Source of the DNA: an uncultured Candidatus Saccharibacteria bacterium | Lineage (GTDB): Bacteria; Patescibacteriota; Minisyncoccia; Phycocordibacterales; UBA9973 | DNA length: 64,000 nt | Reading direction: 5' to 3' | NCBI GenBank assembly: GCA_964361705.1 | Contig: CAYIBP010000001.1 | Span: forward strand, 26,727-90,726 | Shown: one piece after another, positions 49,936 to 62,303 of the stretch | Layout: the number at the start of each line of letters is the position of its first letter | How positions within the stretch are numbered: the stretch's first letter is position 1 | Translations under genes and position numbers: made by a program | Notes under the pieces: model-generated | Databases searched by the model: none | Told to the model about the DNA's origin: nothing | The model's input: the letters and a program-made list of their open reading frames with translations, nothing else

Positions 49936-50344
<409 letters not shown>

Positions 50345-50350
50345 AAAATT

Positions 50351-53300
50351 TTAGTTAAAAGTTAATGCTTGCAAATCAAAAGAAACTGGTAAATCTAATG
50401 TAATCTTTTCTTTTGATTCTATTTGTAATGTCTTTGTTTCTGAAACAATTCCATTCATTTCTTTATCTACATCTAATAGTATCATTTCTTGGTTATTTAC
50501 ATCTATGTGTACTGTGTATTTAGTACCTTCTTGTACAGAGATATACTTAGTATTTCCTATTTCCATGTATCTGGAATTTGGTATTTCTTCAAAAACCTGA
50601 CCTGTGGTTTTATCGAAACCTGTCTTTCTGCCGTCATTATCAGTGACATACATTTCACCCCCAGAATATAGGTTTAGAACTATATCAGTATTTACCTCTG
50701 AAAGAGAGGTTGCGGGACGGGAGTTTATGACGATGTTTTCTGGGTCAGAAAAAGAAGTATCTTGTATTCTTGCCTTTAAAAAATTTCTTAGATTTGAGAC
50801 TTCTAGAATGTTTTTATGTGACTTGTCTGGAAAACTTTCTTCATTATAACTCTTCAAATCCACCCACCACCTCTCTACCCTGTCAGAGGTATTAATCCAC
50901 AAAGAAGATGAAATAGCCACGGTTTCATCTCCTTCCTTTGTCGTTCTAGCCTTTGGATACATAGTCCTATTGGAAGGAGGACAGTTGAGAGGTAAACAAC
51001 CAGTTGATTTTGTTCCATACTCTATCCCTGCCAATGTCTTCTCCCCCCATCCCCCTACCTGTATCACTTTTGTATTTTCCGGTGCTTGCCAGTTATCAAG
51101 TATTTGATGCACTTGTTCCGCGTTGTTGTACAGATTTTCATTGCCATTGTTTGCATTGTCTAGGTCATCCCCTGTTGGTTTTTCTCTTCCTTCTTTACCT
51201 AGAATGAAATCTTTAAACTCTGTGAAATTTGATATTTCTGTACCATATTTCTCTGTTTGTTTGGAAAATAGTTCGTGATTTGGGAAAGTTATTATCTTGT
51301 TCAGATTTAATGAAGGATCACCTTGGATGTCGAAGTACCCTTTTGATGGGAGTAGATTGTATGTGGTGGGCATATTCTCTGCGAGATACCTATTGTTTGT
51401 GGCGGTCATCACAGCTCCAAAAGCAGCTAATCTAGTGCCATGTAATAAAGAAAGAAATCCTTCCGGAGTTCCCACTTGCGGAGTGGCTACTAATATTACT
51501 TTATCTATCTGATTGTAAAGAGGATCGTTTGCATCTTTTAATTTTTGTATTAAGGCTTTGATCACCAATCCTCCGTTTGAATGGCCTATCAATGTGACTT
51601 TACCTGATTTTGAATTTGATTGCAGATCTCGAAGTTTCTTAAGAATGAAAGACTCGGAAAAGTTTTGTGAGTCAGCATATGATAGCTTGTTTCTTTCCCC
51701 CACTTTTCCATTAGTGATGATATCTTCGAGTGATAATCTCCAATCGTAAGGCACTAATGAGTAGTCTGTTATCACATTACTATTTTTCAAATCCTTCAGA
51801 TCATCAGCAAAAGATTTGTAAATATTAAGACCTATGAAGCCTGGAACTTCTTCTACTAATCCTTTGTCTTCTTTTGTGTAAATATCGTAGATCTTCTTGC
51901 CATTCGAATCTAATGCCATTCTTCTATGATCATCATGCAAGGCAGCAAGAGAGACCCACAACTCTTTATCCCAGAAACATTCACTGCCGTTTAGTACTTC
52001 ACCACAATCCAATGAACCTTTCTCCTCATACAACCTCGACCCCATAATCCCAGGAAAGAACATAACATTTGAAAAACAGTCTGTGGTGCAGGTAGTAGGG
52101 ACAATTTCTTGGGATTTAGTTTTAAAGTATAGTTTTTCTGATAACCATCCACCTTGATTGTTGCTGTCTTTAGCTCTGATGTGCCAGTAGTACAATGATC
52201 CTGGATTTAGATTTGCTGTATATGAGTTTGTAGATATGTCTTCTTTGTCTACTTCAAGGTTTCCTGTTGTCATATTACGAACATACAGTGCATATTTTGT
52301 AGCTCCGGAGACTGTTGTCCATTTGAAAGTCTGGGTTGTAGAGTCTACTTCCTCCCCTGTCCAGGCCTTGCCTGGACTTAGGGGTTCCGGATTCTGTAGA
52401 TATATATTCTTCGGAGTACACAAACCAGAAAGCTCAAATTCAGATAGTTCGAGTTCTGAAAGAGAAGAATAACATGTAGGATCAATATCGAATGTATTTG
52501 AAGTTGTTAAAACATTTCCATTGTACGAGACTTTTAATTTCACTTTGTTGATAGCTGAAGTTACTTTGATATTTCCTGTATAAGTATTGTTCTGTATTGT
52601 TACTGTCTTTGGAATCACAGTCCCCATAGCAAAAAGTGGTTGGTCTTCATCATTTGGGACACCGAAAGAAGTGAGTTCAAGATTCGTTCCATCTGCAATA
52701 TTTGTGGTATTGATCGTTATCGGAAAAAGTTCGCTCGTTTTGGTATTTAAGATTTGAGAGATGATGGCTGTGGGGATGCCTGGTGGTGGTACCACTTCTT
52801 TCTTGTTCACAGTGATAATGATGTCTTGAGATACTGCTTGGCCATTTGATCCAATACATCTGAAAGTAAATATGGCAGTTCGATACATAGGTCCAATACC
52901 GTAATCACCATTAGCAAGACGGTGGTTTACGAGTCCAGCTCCTGTTATGTCACAAGAAGTGGTATTAGTGGAAGAAAGAACAAAGCTTCCGTCTGTTCCT
53001 TCCTCTATTGTTTGAGTTGTGGGAGTTACTGATATTGTAGGTGGAGTGTTGGGATTTTGAGATCTAACATTAAAATACTTTCTGTCTGCAAACCATCCTG
53101 ATCTATTTTGAGAATCAAAGGCATTAGCATTCCATGTGTAGTTGTGTCCTTCTTTTAAGACTACATCTACAAATTGACCTGTAGTTTTGTAGACAGTGAG
53201 TTCATTGTTTACAGAGATGTCTCTGATATTTACTTCATATCTGATAGCGTTGGGGACATATGCTATCTCTAGGGTTTGATTTGGTCCATACACTATTTCA

Positions 53301-53384
53301 GGATTGTTTTTGTCTTCTGAACCAGGACTTACTAGATATGGTTCTGCTAGATTTGGGTTTGGTGGAACGCAGAGACCTTCGAGT
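50351..53384 (-). pseudogene. Lipase module 2, 5'-truncated orphan (no signal peptide or native start)
   Basis: Frame open from LEGLCVPP at about 53384; GTG at 53293 is an internal Val of the giant paralog; intact GHSNGG lipase domain. Confidence 0.8.
51120..53305. repeat. 2186-bp direct repeat, apparently identical to 55432-57617
   Basis: Constant offset of 4312; identical translations in sense and antisense ORF tracks; ends located by eye. Confidence 0.9.
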
Positions 53385-53428
53385 CCATACCGGGTATGGA
53401 CAGTGTTGGTGTTTAGGTTGATGAGAAG

Positions 53429-54156
53429 AAGGGTGTCAGGTACCCTTTCTAGGTCTCCAGGGTAAACGAATTGTCGCTTCCAATCTAAATTTCTTAATAA
53501 TCTTCATCGACCAATCATCACTTCCATAAGGCTTCCCTTTCGTCACCGAATGTCTAATAGTTTCTTCCTCTTCACTAGGTTGTGATTCATTGACTAGTGA
53601 TAGATAATTATTGGGTTTTGATATAGGCCAATCTGATAACAATTTCTTTTGTTCGGTACTTCCATGTATTTTACGCCACAAACTAGAGAATCTCCAATTT
53701 TCTGCCTTTCGTACCAATTTAGCGCGAAGAGGATTACGTTCAACATAACGAATGACTGAGAGCAGATGATTATCTTTTTCAACAATAAATGATTTGTAAC
53801 GACCTTGATAAAGATGGCCTGTACCCTTTGTGTTTTTTTCTTGGTGCCAACGCTGAGTATGTGTCAATGTAAGCCATTGCATAAATTTACATAGATCTCC
53901 GTCACTTTTTGGATAAAGGACAAGATGAAAATGATTTGGCATTAGTATGTATGCAAGAATACGCATATTATACTTATCTTTTGCTTCTTCTAAGACATTT
54001 TCAAATAGAGTGTAATCTTCTTCTTTAAAGAAGATCGGTAGACGCGCGTTTGCGCGATTGATAACATGATAACAATATTCACCAATATCTGTACGTAGAA
54101 CTCTTCCCATATTTTGATTATATCAGATTTTAATTAAAAGGGTACCTGACACCCTT
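53429..54156. mobile_element. RAYT element bounded by 20-bp inverted REP-like repeats
   Basis: AAGGGTGTCAGGTACCCTTT (53429-53448) and exact reverse complement (54137-54156); transposase stop lies inside the left repeat. Confidence 0.85.
53436..54110 (-). CDS. REP-associated tyrosine transposase (Y1 HUH, IS200-like)
   Basis: YHVINRAN, LMPNHFHL (HUH), GHLYQGRYKS, YVERNPLRAKL, WRFSS. Confidence 0.92.
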   Translation of the reverse strand: MGRVLRTDIGEYCYHVINRANARLPIFFKEEDYTLFENVLEEAKDKYNMRILAYILMPNHFHLVLYPKSDGDLCKFMQWLTLTHTQRWHQEKNTKGTGHLYQGRYKSFIVEKDNHLLSVIRYVERNPLRAKLVRKAENWRFSSLWRKIHGSTEQKKLLSDWPISKPNNYLSLVNESQPSEEEETIRHSVTKGKPYGSDDWSMKIIKKFRLEATIRLPWRPRKGT

Positions 54157-54239
54157 ACCTTCAGCAACTTGTATTATTTTGATCCATACTTTTTCATTCT
54201 AATTATTATTAATCTAAATTTATTGCAGAAAAAAGATTT

Positions 54240-54656
<417 letters not shown>

Positions 54657-54662
54657 TGTATT

Positions 54663-57600
54663 TTAGTTAATTGTTAATGCTTGCAAATCAAAAGTAGCAG
54701 ACAAGTCTAGTGTAATTCTTTCTTTTGATTCTGTTTGTAATGACTTCGTTTCTGAAACAATTCCATTTATTTCTTTATCTACATCTAATAATATCATTTC
54801 TTGGTTATTTCCATCTATGTGTACTGTGTATTTAATGCCTTCTTCTACAGAAATGTATTTTGTATTTCCTACTTCCATGTATCTGGAGTTTGGAATTTCT
54901 TCTTTCGTCTCTCCATTTACTATACCTGTAATTCTACCTGTACTATCTGATATATACACATAGCCTCCAGAATAAAGATTCAGAACAATGTCTGTTTTCA
55001 TTTCTGAAAGAGAATAATTGGGTTTTGAATTTACAATTATATTTTCTGGATCGGAAAATGAAGCATCTTTAATCTCTGCCTTTATAAAATTTCTTAAATT
55101 AGAAACCTCGAGGATATCTTTATGCGTTCTGTCTTTTTCAAAAAATCCTCCCTCTTTCTTCAAATCTACCCACCATCGTTCTGTGTTAGCATCTGTATTC
55201 ATCCAAAGGGCAGAGGATGTTACTACTGTTTCATCGCCTTCAAAGGAGGTCTTTGTTTTAGGGAAAGGTTTTATAATTGGAATCCCGCAAATACCAAACT
55301 CACATTTTTCACCATATTTTTTAGCCATATACTCTATACCTGCAAATGTTTTTATCCCCCACCCCGCAACCTGTATCACCTTCGTATTTTCTGGAGCTTG
55401 CCAATTATCTAGCATTTGATGAATCTTTTCAGCGTTGTTGTACAGATTTTCATTGCCATTGTTTGCATTGTCTAGGTCATCCCCTGTTGGTTTTTCTCTT
55501 CCTTCTTTACCTAGAATGAAATCTTTAAACTCTGTGAAATTTGATATTTCTGTACCATATTTCTCTGTTTGTTTGGAAAATAGTTCGTGATTTGGGAAAG
55601 TTATTATCTTGTTCAGATTTAATGAAGGATCACCTTGGATGTCGAAGTACCCTTTTGATGGGAGTAGATTGTATGTGGTGGGCATATTCTCTGCGAGATA
55701 CCTATTGTTTGTGGCGGTCATCACAGCTCCAAAAGCAGCTAATCTAGTGCCATGTAATAAAGAAAGAAATCCTTCCGGAGTTCCCACTTGCGGAGTGGCT
55801 ACTAATATTACTTTATCTATCTGATTGTAAAGAGGATCGTTTGCATCTTTTAATTTTTGTATTAAGGCTTTGATCACCAATCCTCCGTTTGAATGGCCTA
55901 TCAATGTGACTTTACCTGATTTTGAATTTGATTGCAGATCTCGAAGTTTCTTAAGAATGAAAGACTCGGAAAAGTTTTGTGAGTCAGCATATGATAGCTT
56001 GTTTCTTTCCCCCACTTTTCCATTAGTGATGATATCTTCGAGTGATAATCTCCAATCGTAAGGCACTAATGAGTAGTCTGTTATCACATTACTATTTTTC
56101 AAATCCTTCAGATCATCAGCAAAAGATTTGTAAATATTAAGACCTATGAAGCCTGGAACTTCTTCTACTAATCCTTTGTCTTCTTTTGTGTAAATATCGT
56201 AGATCTTCTTGCCATTCGAATCTAATGCCATTCTTCTATGATCATCATGCAAGGCAGCAAGAGAGACCCACAACTCTTTATCCCAGAAACATTCACTGCC
56301 GTTTAGTACTTCACCACAATCCAATGAACCTTTCTCCTCATACAACCTCGACCCCATAATCCCAGGAAAGAACATAACATTTGAAAAACAGTCTGTGGTG
56401 CAGGTAGTAGGGACAATTTCTTGGGATTTAGTTTTAAAGTATAGTTTTTCTGATAACCATCCACCTTGATTGTTGCTGTCTTTAGCTCTGATGTGCCAGT
56501 AGTACAATGATCCTGGATTTAGATTTGCTGTATATGAGTTTGTAGATATGTCTTCTTTGTCTACTTCAAGGTTTCCTGTTGTCATATTACGAACATACAG
56601 TGCATATTTTGTAGCTCCGGAGACTGTTGTCCATTTGAAAGTCTGGGTTGTAGAGTCTACTTCCTCCCCTGTCCAGGCCTTGCCTGGACTTAGGGGTTCC
56701 GGATTCTGTAGATATATATTCTTCGGAGTACACAAACCAGAAAGCTCAAATTCAGATAGTTCGAGTTCTGAAAGAGAAGAATAACATGTAGGATCAATAT
56801 CGAATGTATTTGAAGTTGTTAAAACATTTCCATTGTACGAGACTTTTAATTTCACTTTGTTGATAGCTGAAGTTACTTTGATATTTCCTGTATAAGTATT
56901 GTTCTGTATTGTTACTGTCTTTGGAATCACAGTCCCCATAGCAAAAAGTGGTTGGTCTTCATCATTTGGGACACCGAAAGAAGTGAGTTCAAGATTCGTT
57001 CCATCTGCAATATTTGTGGTATTGATCGTTATCGGAAAAAGTTCGCTCGTTTTGGTATTTAAGATTTGAGAGATGATGGCTGTGGGGATGCCTGGTGGTG
57101 GTACCACTTCTTTCTTGTTCACAGTGATAATGATGTCTTGAGATACTGCTTGGCCATTTGATCCAATACATCTGAAAGTAAATATGGCAGTTCGATACAT
57201 AGGTCCAATACCGTAATCACCATTAGCAAGACGGTGGTTTACGAGTCCAGCTCCTGTTATGTCACAAGAAGTGGTATTAGTGGAAGAAAGAACAAAGCTT
57301 CCGTCTGTTCCTTCCTCTATTGTTTGAGTTGTGGGAGTTACTGATATTGTAGGTGGAGTGTTGGGATTTTGAGATCTAACATTAAAATACTTTCTGTCTG
57401 CAAACCATCCTGATCTATTTTGAGAATCAAAGGCATTAGCATTCCATGTGTAGTTGTGTCCTTCTTTTAAGACTACATCTACAAATTGACCTGTAGTTTT
57501 GTAGACAGTGAGTTCATTGTTTACAGAGATGTCTCTGATATTTACTTCATATCTGATAGCGTTGGGGACATATGCTATCTCTAGGGTTTGATTTGGTCCA

Positions 57601-60600
57601 TACACTATTTCAGGATTATTCTTGTCTTCTCTACCAGGACTGACTAGATACGGCTCCCCTAGGTCAGGATTCTGTGGAAGGCACAGACCTTCGAGTGAAG
57701 ATAAGGATTTGATTTCTCCTTTTTCAAGATCAATGAAACTTGCTAGGTCTTGCCTAGCAAGATCTGTATCTGCTAGACATCCTGCTCCGCTTGAGACGGT
57801 GAAAGAATTTGAAATGCCTACAAGCTCAAATTTACTGCCAGCTGTGTTTGCTCTGTAATATGCTCCTATTATGATGCTTCCTGTAGCTGAAGTGATGGTA
57901 AAAGGAACGGTATTTACTGTACCTGTGGTAATGATATGTTGAGGGTTAATATTTCCCATCAATGGAACGATATCAATGACTGATCCAACTGGAATGTTTT
58001 GAGTTGTGAGGGTTATCGTGTTTGTGTCGCCATTTCTTGTGTTTGGGATATTGCTAAAGGTCACCTTTGGTAAGGTGTTTGAGACATTTACGGTGAAATT
58101 TTGCTGTATAGAGGAACCATTTAATCCTACACATTTCATGGTAAAGGTCTTACTCGTGAACATAGCACGTGTAGGATAGCGTCCGTTTAGCGAACCAGCA
58201 AGAGTGTACAAAAATCCTGTCGCGTCCCAGACAGAGCAAGAAGATGTGTATGTAGTCGTCAAATCATACAGAGCCTGTTCTCCATAACCCACAGTCTGTA
58301 CAGCAGGAGTAACGGACATAGTAGGTGGTTGCAGTGGAGGGGTTTTTACCGTGACATAATTACAAGGAGAATATCCCAAAGTTAATCCAGGATAGTCAAA
58401 AGCTCTGACAGAAATGCAATAGCTCCCGACAGCACTATATGTGTGTCCAGCAAACTCTGGAGTTCCGGAAGAATTGAAAGCAGTAGAACCCATAGTGCCG
58501 TCACCCCAGTTGATCTGATACCAGATTCTATCGCCTTCTCCATCTGTGGAGACCATAGAAATATTGTAGTTGTTGTTTACATTCACACTGCCCGATCCAG
58601 AGATAGTTGGCACAGAAGGTGGAGTGTTTTGTGAAGGTTGTGTTTGGAAATAGTAATAAGGTGGATAAAGAGAAGTACCGACAGCATTCACGCTTCTGAC
58701 ACCCCAAACATATCTGTGACCTAGAGCAAGCGCAGGCGAAGTGGTAGATGTGCCATACACAGTTCTATCTTTAAAAATATCTAAACCTGTAGTGAGATCA
58801 GCTATATATGCTAAATAATGAGTAGCATTTGAAACAGGATTCCAAGAAATGGTCACAGTATTTCCTGAAAGTATAGGACCGTAAGCAGAAGTATAACCAG
58901 GAGTGAGACCTGTCGGTGTCGCAGGTACTGTGGCAGGATTTATGACAGTGAAATAAAATAATGAAGAAAAAACTCCCTTTGTGCCGTTGGACTCATAGGC
59001 TACCATATTCCATCGGTATGATCTGCCGGGGATGAAAGAATAATTTGGAGTAAAATTCGTACCATAATTGCACGAAGGCCAATTGCAATCCACTATCAAT
59101 TCATTTGTTACATTATCTCTGACATGTACACCGTATTGCAAAGCACCGGAAACAGCAGACCAATAAAATGTAACTTTACCATTTGTATGTGCGACAGATA
59201 TCCCCGGCTGAACTACACTACCCGGAGCGAGGAGTTGTGGCGCAGACAATGCTTGCAGGCTAAAAGTATCCGGCACAAATGTTTTTGGATCGATTATCTC
59301 GCCTGCTTTGGATTGAGGATTTATAGAGTTGCCTTCAGTGTCTTTTTTGAGTTTTATATCTATCTCACTTTGTGAAAGTTTTGCGCCAGAGAGAGAACGA
59401 CCGCCACCGAATACTTTTCCGTTTTTAGAATAGCTGGCAAGAGTGGGAATTTTCGGTAATTGTTCTATCGCTTTTTTGGCATCAATATTGTCATTTGATT
59501 TTGCCACCAAATAAGCGGAAATTATCGGTGCGGAAAATGAAGTACCATTCATTTCTCCATATTCGCCTCCTGATTTTGCAGAGAGTATTCCCACACCTTC
59601 AGCAAACACATCCACTGTTTTTCCATAGTTTGAAAATGAAGCTATGTTTCCAGAACCATCGAGTGCGCCGACTGTAATCAGGTTGCCATTATTGAAACTC
59701 GCTGGATATATTTTTGTCTCATCAATATTGAAACCATAATTTCCAGCAGAAGTCACCATATATACTCCGTGATCCTGCGCATACCTTATCGCTTCTTCGA
59801 GTTGCTTTGAATATGTAGGCCCTGCAAAAGACATGTTTATTATTTCCGCTCCGTTGTGCACCGCGAAAAGTATCGCTCGCACTATATCATCTGTCTGTAA
59901 TAGTCCATAATCCGCCACGCGTAGAGACATTATCTTTACATTGCCTCTGGATACAGAAGATATGCCCATACCATCATCAGCCGATGCTCCGATGATAGAT
60001 GCCACCGCCGTGCCGTGTGAATATCCGTCTGTCGGATATGGGTCTTTGTCATCCCCTACGAAATCATACCCACCATCGCAAGAACCTATTGCTTCTGTTT
60101 TTTCATTTACACAATTCTGTGTCGTCCATTTTGAAAGAAATAGATCGGGGTGAGAAAAATCCACTCCAGCATCTATCACCGCCACCACAGGCAATGAACC
60201 TGTATTTGCTTTTGTATTCCAAATCTTTTTATTTGTTTCTAAAATACGATGCAGATATGTCTGCTTGTGCCACAGAGGGTCGTTGGGAGTATAGTCCCCC
60301 GCCTTCTCCGGGGCAAGTTGCAAAGCCATAAAATACGGGCTTTCCACTGCACCACCCCCTTCTTTTTCCACTTCTGTTGCAAGCTGTTGGTTGATTTGTT
60401 TTAGGGTTTCAAAGGCTCCAGCATCACTGATTTTTTGTCCTTGCGCCCTTCCCTCGATTACAGGGGCGGATCCCTCGGGCAGCAAAAAATCAGTAATGCT
60501 TGCGCTTGCCTTTATTTTCGCATTTTCTTTTATTATTTGTATTTCTTTTTCAACGCTCGCAACTTCGCTCGCTTTCATTTTGTTCACATCGAGAGCCTGC

Positions 60601-61766
60601 AAACCGTTTAAAATATTGAAAAGTCTGTTTGCTTTCTCGGAATTTATATCCCGTTCCTCTTTTGGAGTTTTCTTGTTTTTTGGAATTTTTGTTTTTACGG
60701 CAACAGGAATAGTTGGATCGTAAAAACCCTGTAGTTCACCATCACTATTTTTCACCAAAAGGCTTTGCGCTTTTTTCAAGAGATCGACAACATTGTCCAC
60801 TTCGGCTTGCGTATTCTCTGTAGTTAATTTGTTGTTAGCTTCCAATACTAATATATATGCATTCCAAGAGTCTTCTGTATAACTATTCTTGGCTTCTGTC
60901 GGCACTTGTTCTAATACTTTTCTGTATTCTGTTAGATCCGCTTTGATAACGATAGAATTTTGTGCTTCGGATATTTTTTGTGTTGCTTCATCTACCCTAT
61001 TTTGAGTATCTTCTGTGTTTACTGCGTTAGTATCTAAAACATTTTTGTATATATTCCAGCTAGTATTTGTATATAGATATGAAAAAGATTCTGGATATGC
61101 CAAGAGCACACCGTTGTATGAATTCAGGTTTGATTTTTTTAGAAGTAAGCTCTGCCCTATTTTGATATTGTTTACTGCTGTGTCTATTTCAGCTTGAGTA
61201 TTGTCTGTGGTAACGATGTTTGTATTCAAGGCTTGCTGATATGTTTGCCAGCTCGTATTGGTATAATTTACGGATGCAGTATCGGGATAATTCAAAATCA
61301 CAGCGCTATATTCTGACAAATCCCCCTTTGGTTTCGGAGGAATTATCTCTCCCTCTATTACTATGCCATCTGTTAGAACAATAATAGGAGAACCGTGGTG
61401 AGCGGTACAATCATTGCCACCGTAAGCTTTCAGTAATACAGTATATTTTCCTGGTCTAGATGGAGCCTTTATCTGAAACTTTATTGTGGCTGTAGTACCT
61501 GCTTTGTGGTTTGCTGTATCTATGCATATCCATTCGTTGTTGCCTATTTTGTATTTAGTGGAGAACCAGTTTGACGGAGAGGTGGAGGTTACCGTCATAT
61601 TCACATTTACCATAGCGTTTCCCTTTACTATTACGCTTTGTTTGCCTCCGAGGTTGGCAGAGTCTATGATGCGAGCGGCAGAAACCTGGGGAACGATGGA
61701 TACCAAAGGGCTAAAAGCTGTAATAAGCAACAAAACCGAAATCGAAAAATTCTTGAAAATACGCAT
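54663..61766 (-). CDS. Giant secreted protein: FIVAR-like repeats, S8 subtilase, Fn3/PKD/Ig-like stalk, C-terminal LCAT-like lipase
   Basis: Signal peptide; VAVIDAGVD, HGTAVAS, SAGN, GTSFSAP; WGDG PKD; PGIMGS, PYDWRL, GHSNGG, GDETV, His. Confidence 0.88.
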   Translation of the reverse strand: MRIFKNFSISVLLLITAFSPLVSIVPQVSAARIIDSANLGGKQSVIVKGNAMVNVNMTVTSTSPSNWFSTKYKIGNNEWICIDTANHKAGTTATIKFQIKAPSRPGKYTVLLKAYGGNDCTAHHGSPIIVLTDGIVIEGEIIPPKPKGDLSEYSAVILNYPDTASVNYTNTSWQTYQQALNTNIVTTDNTQAEIDTAVNNIKIGQSLLLKKSNLNSYNGVLLAYPESFSYLYTNTSWNIYKNVLDTNAVNTEDTQNRVDEATQKISEAQNSIVIKADLTEYRKVLEQVPTEAKNSYTEDSWNAYILVLEANNKLTTENTQAEVDNVVDLLKKAQSLLVKNSDGELQGFYDPTIPVAVKTKIPKNKKTPKEERDINSEKANRLFNILNGLQALDVNKMKASEVASVEKEIQIIKENAKIKASASITDFLLPEGSAPVIEGRAQGQKISDAGAFETLKQINQQLATEVEKEGGGAVESPYFMALQLAPEKAGDYTPNDPLWHKQTYLHRILETNKKIWNTKANTGSLPVVAVIDAGVDFSHPDLFLSKWTTQNCVNEKTEAIGSCDGGYDFVGDDKDPYPTDGYSHGTAVASIIGASADDGMGISSVSRGNVKIMSLRVADYGLLQTDDIVRAILFAVHNGAEIINMSFAGPTYSKQLEEAIRYAQDHGVYMVTSAGNYGFNIDETKIYPASFNNGNLITVGALDGSGNIASFSNYGKTVDVFAEGVGILSAKSGGEYGEMNGTSFSAPIISAYLVAKSNDNIDAKKAIEQLPKIPTLASYSKNGKVFGGGRSLSGAKLSQSEIDIKLKKDTEGNSINPQSKAGEIIDPKTFVPDTFSLQALSAPQLLAPGSVVQPGISVAHTNGKVTFYWSAVSGALQYGVHVRDNVTNELIVDCNWPSCNYGTNFTPNYSFIPGRSYRWNMVAYESNGTKGVFSSLFYFTVINPATVPATPTGLTPGYTSAYGPILSGNTVTISWNPVSNATHYLAYIADLTTGLDIFKDRTVYGTSTTSPALALGHRYVWGVRSVNAVGTSLYPPYYYFQTQPSQNTPPSVPTISGSGSVNVNNNYNISMVSTDGEGDRIWYQINWGDGTMGSTAFNSSGTPEFAGHTYSAVGSYCISVRAFDYPGLTLGYSPCNYVTVKTPPLQPPTMSVTPAVQTVGYGEQALYDLTTTYTSSCSVWDATGFLYTLAGSLNGRYPTRAMFTSKTFTMKCVGLNGSSIQQNFTVNVSNTLPKVTFSNIPNTRNGDTNTITLTTQNIPVGSVIDIVPLMGNINPQHIITTGTVNTVPFTITSATGSIIIGAYYRANTAGSKFELVGISNSFTVSSGAGCLADTDLARQDLASFIDLEKGEIKSLSSLEGLCLPQNPDLGEPYLVSPGREDKNNPEIVYGPNQTLEIAYVPNAIRYEVNIRDISVNNELTVYKTTGQFVDVVLKEGHNYTWNANAFDSQNRSGWFADRKYFNVRSQNPNTPPTISVTPTTQTIEEGTDGSFVLSSTNTTSCDITGAGLVNHRLANGDYGIGPMYRTAIFTFRCIGSNGQAVSQDIIITVNKKEVVPPPGIPTAIISQILNTKTSELFPITINTTNIADGTNLELTSFGVPNDEDQPLFAMGTVIPKTVTIQNNTYTGNIKVTSAINKVKLKVSYNGNVLTTSNTFDIDPTCYSSLSELELSEFELSGLCTPKNIYLQNPEPLSPGKAWTGEEVDSTTQTFKWTTVSGATKYALYVRNMTTGNLEVDKEDISTNSYTANLNPGSLYYWHIRAKDSNNQGGWLSEKLYFKTKSQEIVPTTCTTDCFSNVMFFPGIMGSRLYEEKGSLDCGEVLNGSECFWDKELWVSLAALHDDHRRMALDSNGKKIYDIYTKEDKGLVEEVPGFIGLNIYKSFADDLKDLKNSNVITDYSLVPYDWRLSLEDIITNGKVGERNKLSYADSQNFSESFILKKLRDLQSNSKSGKVTLIGHSNGGLVIKALIQKLKDANDPLYNQIDKVILVATPQVGTPEGFLSLLHGTRLAAFGAVMTATNNRYLAENMPTTYNLLPSKGYFDIQGDPSLNLNKIITFPNHELFSKQTEKYGTEISNFTEFKDFILGKEGREKPTGDDLDNANNGNENLYNNAEKIHQMLDNWQAPENTKVIQVAGWGIKTFAGIEYMAKKYGEKCEFGICGIPIIKPFPKTKTSFEGDETVVTSSALWMNTDANTERWWVDLKKEGGFFEKDRTHKDILEVSNLRNFIKAEIKDASFSDPENIIVNSKPNYSLSEMKTDIVLNLYSGGYVYISDSTGRITGIVNGETKEEIPNSRYMEVGNTKYISVEEGIKYTVHIDGNNQEMILLDVDKEINGIVSETKSLQTESKERITLDLSATFDLQALTIN

Positions 61767-61802
61767 AAATGTATTGGGTTTTTAATAATATTAAGAGCTT
61801 TT

Positions 61803-61831
61803 ATGATAGGACTTATTCAATGAAAAGTCAA
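61803..61831 (-). promoter_or_regulatory. Sigma70-type promoter of the giant gene/lipase array
   Basis: TTGACT-N17-TATCAT. Confidence 0.65.
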
Positions 61832-61858
61832 ATGCCAAGGATTTCCCTTGGCATTTTT
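61830..61858 (-). terminator. Terminator after rpsI
   Basis: AAATGCCAAGG-ATTTC-CCTTGGCATTT. Confidence 0.75.
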
Positions 61859-61863
61859 GCATT

Positions 61864-62289
61864 TTAACGTTTTGACCACTTTGGAGCTTTGCGGGCTTTT
61901 TTGAGACCGAATTTTCGGCGTTCTTTTGCGCGAGGATCACGCTTGAGGTAACCAAGATCTTTGAGTTGAGGACGTAGGTTTATGTCAAATTTAGATAATG
62001 CTCGAGCAATACCATGTCTAACTGCTTCGGCTTGAGAATGTATACCTCCGCCGGAAACCTTTGCTTCTACCTTCCATTTGTACTCCATTTTTTCTGTACC
62101 TTCTAAACCTTTTGTGATACTGTCTGATACCAAACGACGCTGTTCTTCAGTTTGAAAATAGTCTTTTGCATCTTTGCCATTCACAGTAAAGGAAGATTTG
62201 GAAGATTGGTAAATGCGCACTCTAGCAGTGGAAGTTTTCCTTCTGCCTATAGCTTCTATATATTCCTCTTTTGATATTTTCTTTTCCAT
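61864..62289 (-). CDS. rpsI: 30S ribosomal protein S9
   Basis: GRRKTSTARV, GGG..SQA, ERRKFGLKKARKAPKWSKR. Confidence 0.97.
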   Translation of the reverse strand: MEKKISKEEYIEAIGRRKTSTARVRIYQSSKSSFTVNGKDAKDYFQTEEQRRLVSDSITKGLEGTEKMEYKWKVEAKVSGGGIHSQAEAVRHGIARALSKFDINLRPQLKDLGYLKRDPRAKERRKFGLKKARKAPKWSKR

Positions 62290-62303
62290 TTATTTCTCTC
62301 TGA

